A stretch of 20,000 nt of DNA from Trichomonas gallinae (lineage: Eukaryota), in the NCBI GenBank assembly GCA_008369845.1, contig MRSU01005687.1, forward strand, positions 46,283 to 66,282. The letters are read 5' to 3'. Made by a program: the position numbers and the translations under genes. The notes beneath the pieces were generated by a model. The model worked only from the letters and a program-made list of their open reading frames with translations, was not told the origin of the DNA and made no database searches. The stretch's first letter is position 1. Every line of letters starts with the position of its first letter. Below are positions 10,372-19,900 of this stretch, piece by piece.

Positions 10372-10523
10372 TCGTGAATTTGACATTTATCAATTTTACA
10401 TGTCAATTGTCTTGAAATTACTCGTATTTTCTTCCATCATATGTGTGCCAAGAAAAAAGTTATTAACATGCGGTCATTTTTGAATAAAACCGTTTTTAGA
10501 AATTTTTTGATTATTAACATTAA

Positions 10524-10940
10524 TGACAAGCTTAATTCAAGATGATGGGGAATTTATAAAAATGATGCATGAACTTCTAATGATGACATGTAAATACAAC
10601 AAATGACGCGTAAATTTCTAATATTGACATGTAAATTTCTCAGAATTAGCAGATTTTTTTTAATATTGACACGTAAATCTGAACAATGACGCATAAAATC
10701 CAAATTATGTCATGTAAACAATATTATGACATGTATAATTATCAAGGATATAAAGCAATTTCAAAATATTGCTACGATGTTTATGGCTTGTAAAATGGTA
10801 ATGCATATAGAGCATTTATATTCCAAAGTTTCAAGCTCGGAAATAGTATTTGCATGTGTGATTACATCTCTTTATTATGCTATATAAAAGCTATATAAAT
10901 TTTCATATGACATGTAAATATATAATTATGTCATGTAAAT
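10524..10940 (+). repeat. Phased array of a 12-bp motif (consensus TGACRYGTAAAT) with ~20-21 bp period in the divergent Rab/giant-gene spacer
   Basis: Cores start at 10584 tgacatgtaaat, 10604 tgacgcgtaaat, 10625 tgacatgtaaat, 10667 tgacacgtaaat, 10687 tgacgcataaaa, 10708 tgtcatgtaaac, 10727 tgacatgtataa, 10908 tgacatgtaaat and 10929 tgtcatgtaaat. Degenerate in-phase copies start at 10524, 10543 and 10563. One inverted copy lies at 10395-10405. Confidence 0.85.
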
Positions 10941-10965
10941 GTCAAAATTCCAAAATAAAATCTGT

Positions 10966-13900
10966 ATGTATAACTTTCTTTTCTTGCTTATCCCATTTTT
11001 GGGATATGCAACGCTAAATGCTACATTAGCATTGAAGCGGCGGAAACGAGAAAATGGTTTATCTAAAAGACAATTTGAAGAAGATTCAGAGGGAGAATTT
11101 TCTATTCAAAATGTCGATGATGAATATGATGTTTCTAAGATCTCAATCAATAAAATATCATATCATGATCAAGATACCATTCTGTTTCCTTCAGAAACTG
11201 AAGTACAAATCGTAGTCGATCAAGTGAACATCGAAAGAAAAACAGATGACTCATTAAATTCGGAAGATATTTACAAAGAAATAAGCACTCATGTTGTTCC
11301 ATCTGTATTTTCTCATGCTTTACCTTTGATAAATATTCATTTTAATAAATTAATCGATCAAAATTCAAAAGAATCTACTGAAATTATACACACAGATGCA
11401 TATATTGACTTTACTAAGTCAATTATTGAAATCAGCGATAGTGAAACTAAAAATTATCCAATAATTTTTGGAAAAAGCGACCAAGAAATCATAGAAAATC
11501 ACCAAAAGTCAATCACAAAACGTCTGTGTTTGAGTGATATACAGAACGAAGTCACTGCTTTACCAGAAAATGATATGAATATTGAATCAAACGACGTTTT
11601 CGATCGCAATGTTAATCATCAGTATTCAACCTTGACAGGAAATCCAATGCTTGGTATTTCAGGTAGGTCTACTTACGAAAAATTTGAACATCTCAGTACT
11701 CCAAAGATGAATTATGCAGATTATCGCGCAATCCCAATTATAGAAAGAGAAAATCTCAGTACTCCAGGTTCTAATAATTATCATGCAGGATCATTATATA
11801 TTGAGGAAGATAGTGTCGAAATTGAAGAGGAAATCGAAGAAGAATATTCAGAAATACAGTCAGAACTTGACGAAACCAACGTTTCTAATCTCGATTCTAT
11901 TGAGCCAATTAATACTCAGCCAATTCAAGAAAAATCCGAACAATCCAATGAAGAATTAGCACAAGACATCGAAAATGAGGCACAAATTACACAATCAAAC
12001 GAAAATAATCAACTTACTAAATTCGATATTATATTAATTAACGAGTTTGAACAATTGTATGACTCATTACAAGAAAACACAAATGAAGAACAATATTCTA
12101 ATCCAAATATTCAACTTTGTTCAAATACTCAAAATATTTCAATCGAACCACAAAATATCGAGAAACAAATGGAATTAGATGACAAACAAACACAAAAGGA
12201 TTCTAATTCTGAACAAGAAAACCCAGAAGAAGAAAGTTTTGGTGAAATTTCAACTCGCAATGCTCAATTTGAGCAAAAAACATTTGAAATAGACAGAAAT
12301 TCAGTTGTTGAATACGAGTTTGAGTCACAGCAAGAAAATGCCGAAGAAGAAAGTTTCGATGGAATTATTGAAGAAAGAAATGTTGACTTCAACATAATTC
12401 CATTGCAAATCAACAATCAATCACGCCATGAGGTTCATATTGAGAATGAGGAAAACCTTACTCTTTCATCAATTGAATATCAATTTATAAATTCACAAAT
12501 CTCTAGGAATTTCGAAGTTTCAACATTAGATCCAATTAATATCTACAAAGAAAACAACATTGCAGAACTTAGCTTGTCGTTGCCTCGAGAACTCAATTTA
12601 CCAATTATTCAGGAAGAAAAACAAGCAAATTCTACACCAATAGTTGAATCACAGAATGAATCTGTTGAAATTCCACAATCTATTGTTTCTGATTCTAATG
12701 AATTTGAATCAAATTATATCGATTGGCCAAATCAACTCGAATCAAATGGCCAATTTGCTCTTCAAAATAATGAAATTGCTTCAATTCCTGAATCAAGCTT
12801 AAATATCGAACTTTCTGATCTTGTTTCAGTTCTCGACATTAAAGCAATGCCAATTCCACTAGAAAACTCGGAATATCTCGAATTCGATTTCATGCATCAA
12901 ATCAAGTTGTATCAAAGCAATCTTCAGCACGAAATTCATCTTCCAATCGGCGCAAATCAGCTAAATTCATTATCATTTACTGACAATGAAAACATTTTCG
13001 GCAATGAAGCGGAAGAATTAAAGCAAAATCCTTCATTATCACTTTCCAGTACTGAAGAGGTATTTAACACATTCATTAATGACACAGCTACACTTAATCC
13101 TTTAGTATTTTCTCAAAACGAATCAGAAAAATCGCCGAAACAAACTTCTTCATTGTCTCTTACTAACAATGAATATATTTTCAGTATTTACCAAATGAAT
13201 CAACACAATCCTTTAGTAATTTCTCAAATTGAGCAAATCTTCAACAATGAATCAAAAGAAATTGAAAAACAGTTGCCTACATTCTCTCATTCAAATAATG
13301 AAGAAATTTTCGATAATTATTCTCAAATCGAACAAAACAACAACAATAATAAAGTAGACGTTTTAACAACAAAACAGTTGCCTACGTTGTCGTATACTAA
13401 TGCTGAAGATATCTTCGATTTTAACACTAGTGATAAGTATTCAATGATTCAACACAATCCTTTGGCATTTTCACAAATCGAACAAATCTTCAACATTGAT
13501 AAAGAAGAGCAAATTCCTAAGAAATCCGAGTTTTACACAATTCCTGATATAGTTTTGTCGAAGAGTGAAACAGTCCAATTCAATGTTGATAATAAGGACG
13601 AAGCAAGCACATGGAGTATTTCACTGACAGAATATTTCGGCTTTGGAGCCACAGAAAGTGTTTTGTCAATATCAAACGACACGATATATTATGACCAATC
13701 GCTTGAAGATGAAAAGAAGAGCAAGCTTGAGTCATCAAAAGTCGTAAGCTCTCACATTCCGTCGGAAGAGATCCATTTGGCTACGTCAAATGTTCTCGAG
13801 AAGCATCAGTTCATACCATCATCAGCTTTAACACGCTCCCAGACTACAGAACTATTCTTCTTTGATTCAACAATGCTTCCTAAATACGGCTTCGAATTGC

Positions 13901-16900
13901 AAACATTCCAAGACGAACAGCTTGATTCTTCAATCCCAGAATTCAAATTAAGCAACACACAGTTCCACAGTCCAATCTTTGAAAATCCATACACAAAGAA
14001 TGTATATATGCAGACTTATTATCTATACATTTCTCCTGACCAAGAAGATTTCGAAGAGAACATTTACCAAAACCCAGAAACTGAAGAAGAGAAGACAGTT
14101 AATCAGGAGCATTATCAATTAATTATCAGTGATGTTTCAACAATTGATCGCGCATCAGTCGCACAACCAGTATCATTGGAAACATCAGAATTGATCGAAG
14201 GACAATCATTGGATCTCGATGAATCTAAGGAGCTAGAAATTTGCGACTCAGCTGCTTTCATGATATCACCAGACGAAAACCACAATGAGATTTGCTCAAT
14301 TCCATCATCACAGTTTGACATTTTCTACAACCAGAATCTCTCGATTTACAATGACTTCACAAGCAGCATCGACATCAAATCGAAGCCGATTACTTTGTCG
14401 AAATTTACTTACCAGTCAATATCAATCGAATCCGATAATGAAGCAATAGTATCAGACCGCAGCGCATTTGTTGATTACGATGGAGAAGGTCGTCGTGATC
14501 TTTCAAACTATTCTTCGTCTCCATTGAGCATTGCTCCTGAGTCCAAACCAGTTTTATCTTCTCAATCGCAACCTACTCTCACTGTTGAACCAGCTGAACA
14601 CAATCTAGAGTTCTACACAGGAGAATCTGAGTTGGTTGATTCAGCGTATCCGCTCTTCTTCATGAGTAATTGTTCTCATTTCTCCCTCAGCACAATTACA
14701 CAAGATCTCAATATTGCTAAAACTCCATCAATTACCATTCATCCATCTCACTCGGAGCTTGAAGAAAATGTCAGCTTCACTCTTGATATTGACCATGCTT
14801 CGATTGAAGAAAAAAGCGAAGATAAGATTGAGAAACTCGTGTTTACAGATTATGAATCAATGTTAGAAGTTACTCCTTCTCAAACAATCAACTTTGAAGA
14901 AAAGTCCCAGAAATTAGAGTTTAATGATTATGAATCAGTATTTGAAGTTTCTCCTTCTCAAACAGTCACTGATGCTCAAACACAATCTCAAGTTATTCTA
15001 CCTCAAACAGAAATTCGCAGCTATTCACCAGATTTGAGTGTTAGTTATATCCAGGAATACAGTCAATGTCCAGAGATAGAACTCACATCTCACAATGAAG
15101 TTTTGAGTGAAATCAATCCAATCACACAATCATTCTCAATCAGCGAACCTGGCTACAGAATGATCACTAATCCAGTAACAACCGAATTTGAGATTTCACA
15201 GAGTGATCCATTGTTTGTTGACAACAAAGTCGAACAACCTTCATCGAGACTTCATCTTGATCTTGTTTCATCATCATCAGATTACCACTTCATTGAATCT
15301 AAGCCAACGCTGACATACATGAAACCAAGTGAGCAGTTCTACTGCATCAAAGATTATCCAACCCTTCTTCTTAGTATTGATGAATTAACATCAGTTGACA
15401 TTTGTGAAGTTTTGAAAGACACATCTAATGATGATATCAATAGTGACAAATCTAAGGAAGAACATGTTCTTGCCATGCCAGAATTCACAATTTCATCTAT
15501 TATTGAACTTCTTTCAATTGAATCCCACAAGATCGAAGAAGATCTTCAAAATGATGAAAATGAAGTTCATTCTAGTGATATTCGTCTTCCATCACTTAAT
15601 CTATCAACAATTTATGACATTTTATCAATTGATTCACCAACGAATGACATAACACTTTCATTCTCTACAGCAGAAGAATTCAGCATCAATGATCAATCAT
15701 CCACATTGTCTCTACAACAAGCTGCTGACCAGTTCTCCGTTTCACCTCATAAGCAACTTATTCCTCTTGATGTCTCATCAATCAATTCTCATGAATCAAT
15801 TCGTGAACTTTCATTGGCCATGAGTCCGAAGAATGAGATATATGATGGCGATGCTGGTAAGAAACAATCAGCACTTTCAATCAATAACAATCAGCTATTT
15901 GATGTTGAGTCTGTTTCAAGTCCGAAGAACTTAACAACATACTCGTCCGGAGAAGGAATTTACATCCCATTACAAGTTGCAACTCTCTCAATCTCAGGGT
16001 CAGAACACCAAGAAATCACCAATGTTTCAGCAATACTTAACATCACTGCCTGCGAGTCTACAGACATCAAACACGACCCACCGACATTCACATTCAGCAA
16101 CGCTTACCAGTTCTTCTCTTCACCATCATTATCATACAAACCAGAGATTTCCATTTCAACTGATTTGTCATCTGAATATGAATCTCAAATGTCACCCGTT
16201 CAATATTGTATTTCATCACAAGATCCAATCATCTCTGTCGAAACAAAAGAACACAAATTGTCATCATTCACAAGCGAATCATATAAGATTCCATCAACAT
16301 CTCCCGAATTTTCATATAGTCAACCATCATATCTCACAATCAGCAGTGCTGCCGCTTCTTCACCTAGATCACCTAGCCGCTCTCCAGTCAAGCGCTTCAC
16401 CCGTTCATCCAAATCAGAAATCACACATGTTTATGATGACTACATCCAGATCTCATCATCAATTAATCTTGAATCGAAGAATGATACCGTATTCGATTTA
16501 GAGTCGAATAATGCAATGTTCGAAATGAGTCAGTTGACACACACTCAATATCCAGGTATTTATGATGATTACAGCCCAGAACTTACAACAGAAATTATTG
16601 CTGAATATGAATATTCTTTAACACCAGCTATATCATATTTCAAATATGGCGATGTTTCTGTTTCTCCAATTATAACTGTACTTGAGTTCAGCACAATATC
16701 TCATTATGAATCTGAGACTACAATCGACTCTACACAACATTCTGATGATGAAGATGCTCACAACAAGTTAGAGTTCTCTGAACTCAAGACAATCTTTGAT
16801 GAACAACGTCATCAGTCAGAGCTTGCTGTCAGCGAATCATTTGCTGAATCTACAAAGAATGAAGAAGTTCACAAAGAATCTCCACAACTCTCAAAGTCTG

Positions 16901-19900
16901 ACTTTGTTTTGTACTCAGTAGAATCTGCAGCAATTGATCTTGCATTTAGTGAATCCACATACATTTTCGAAGAGAGCAAAGATTTACAACCAACACTTTG
17001 CTCTCTTGAAGACTGCACACACGAATTCAATGCAGCTAAGATTGGCCTTGATAAATTCAATAGCGAACACATTTCCATTGTTCCAAGTGAACAAGAAATA
17101 GACTTTGATGTTTCATCACGCGATGCTAATTTCGACCAAACAGAACGCAAATACATCAATCTTTCTATCACATCCAATGAAAGTGTTGATATTTTCTCAC
17201 CAATCAAATCTCTTTCTAACTTCAACTCCGAATCAGAACACAAGGAAATCAAGCGCGAAATCATTTCAAATGAGTCAGTAGATGTTGAATTATCTCATGC
17301 GCCACTTGAAATCAGCGAATCTATATTATCACATGACAGTGCAGCGATGGAGCATCAACTTTCAATCTTCAAAGAAGAATTAGTTGATTATCCATCATCT
17401 AGTGAATCATTTGAACTTAGTCGAATCCATTACTCTGTTCATCATCCTTCACCAATTGAAACCAATTTGTCCGAATTCACATCAGAACCAATTTCAGTTT
17501 CTCCAACAGAAGTCAAACATGATTCTAAACACAATGATCTTTCCATCAATGATGCTGATCACTTAATAATCGAAGGAAATACATTTGCTTCTACTTTATC
17601 AATCCAATCTTTGAGCCCAGTTTTCATCAAACCTGTTGCACCGGTATTGAATTTCTATACTAGCGATGCTGAATCTGTTAAATCAACAGTGCCATTATTT
17701 GCTCAAAGCAACTTTGATCACTTCGCACTGAACACAATTAGACAATTTGATTTTGTTAAGCATCCTGATTTGTTCGTTGATGAGAAGCCAGTCGGCATTG
17801 AAGACAGGTCTCAGAAATTAGAGTTTAATGATTATGAAACAGTATTCGAAGTTGCTCCTTCTCAGCCAGTCACTGATGCTCAAACACAATCTCAAGTTAT
17901 TCTACCTCAAACAGAAAATCGCATCTATTCACCAGATTTGAGTGTTAGTTATATCCAGGAACACAGTCAATGTCCAGAGATAGAACTCACATCTCACAAT
18001 GAAGTTTTGAGTGAAATCAATCCTGTAATACAATCATTCTCAATTAGTGAACCCAGTTACAGAATGATCACTAATCCATTGTTTGTTGAAAGCAATGTAG
18101 AACAACCTTCATTGAGACCTCATCTTGATCTTGTTTCATCATCAGATTACCACTACATTGATTCTAAGCCAACACTGACATACATTAAACCAAGTGAACA
18201 GTTCTATTGCATCAAAGACTATCCAACTCTTCTTCTTAGTATTGATGAATTAACATCAGTTGACATTTTAGAAGTTTCAAACGATGTTTCTAATGACAAT
18301 AATGGTCAAGATAAAGATAGTGATAAAGAGGAACATGTACTTACCATGCCAGAACTCACAATTTCATCTATCATTGAGCTTCTTTCTATCGAATCCGACA
18401 AAGTCGAAGAAGATCGTCAAAATTATGAAAATGAAGTTCATTCTAGTGAACGTGATCTTCATCTTCCATCACTTTATCTATCAACAATTTATGACATTTT
18501 ATCTATTGATTCATCCACAAAAGATATAACTCTTTCATTCTCTACAGCAGAAGAATTCAGCATCAATGACAGAAATCAATCCAATCTACTCTCTATTTCT
18601 TCGATGACAGAATTTAGTCCATCATATTCTGCATCATTATCACTACAACATGATGCTGATCAATTCTCAGTTTCTCCTCAAAAGCAGCTTATTAATCTTG
18701 ACGTTTCATCAATCTATTCACATGAGTCTATTCGTGAGCCAGCAATGTCACTCGTTCACAACTATTACATCACGGACCTGGATGTTCACAAAAAGCATCT
18801 TACACTCAAGCTTTCTGATGCTAATTCTCCAGAATTGACTCAAGAATCACAAGTTAATCTCAATACATTTAATTCTGATTCTTTATTCATCACAATGCAT
18901 CAGCTTGAATTGTCACTTTCAGAACTTGAACACCAGGAATTATACAATGACATTACAGAATCGCTGCACATTATTCCATGCGAATCACAAGACATCAAAT
19001 CAGAAGCTCCATCATTCGAACTCAGCAAAGTTGAATTCCACTTTGCTCAGCAGTTCGAAACAACAAGCACAGATGATGTTAATGCTGAAGAAGAAGATAT
19101 CAGGAGAAGCTATAGTCCAATGATCGATGTATCAAATGATATAACATTCGAGATTGATAGGACCAACTCTTCATTCGAACACTTCACCAGCGAAGTAGAT
19201 GACGTCCAGTCATATACTCCGTCATTATCTCCAAGCAATATCTCATTAATGTCAGTTCACGAAAGTGGTGCTGATCTTGAATTCAGCCAACTTGATTACT
19301 GCCGTGTTGTTGCTGAGAGAATCTCAACAGAAGACATTCACTACAACATTGTCGAAAATGAAATTATTTCTCTTGAGTCAAAGATAATTCTTGAATATAA
19401 TCCAAGCTTAGATTTCATAGTCAACTCTTCTTATGAAGTAATACCAAATGCTATTACTTACACATTATCTCATAATGAAGATTTGAGCATCGAGCACGAT
19501 GAGAATCAATTTGAAATGAGTAATTCTGTTCATTTCGTTCCTCAACCTTCAGATAAAAATCAACAATCATTTGATTCCAGCAAACAGACATTCGAGCTCA
19601 CAAATGTATCAGCTGTTCTACAACTGTCTGAAAGCGAAATAATCATCGATGAACAACAGAATCAATCGGCAGAGTCCACAAAGAATGAAGAAGTTTACAA
19701 AGAATCTGCAGCAATTGATCTTTCATTTAGTGAATCCACATACATATGCGAAGAGAGCAAAGATTTACAACCAACACTTTGCTCTCTTGAAGACTGCACA
19801 CACGAAATCAATGCAGTTAACATTGGCCTTGATAAATTCAATAGCGAGCTCATTTCTATTGTTCCAAGTGAACAAGAAACAGACTTTGATGTTTCATCAC

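Noticed and set aside
10524..10740. CRISPR-like repeat/spacer appearance of the phased array
   Set aside because: Repeats are 12 bp and spacers ~7-9 bp, far too short. There are no cas genes and the context is eukaryotic.
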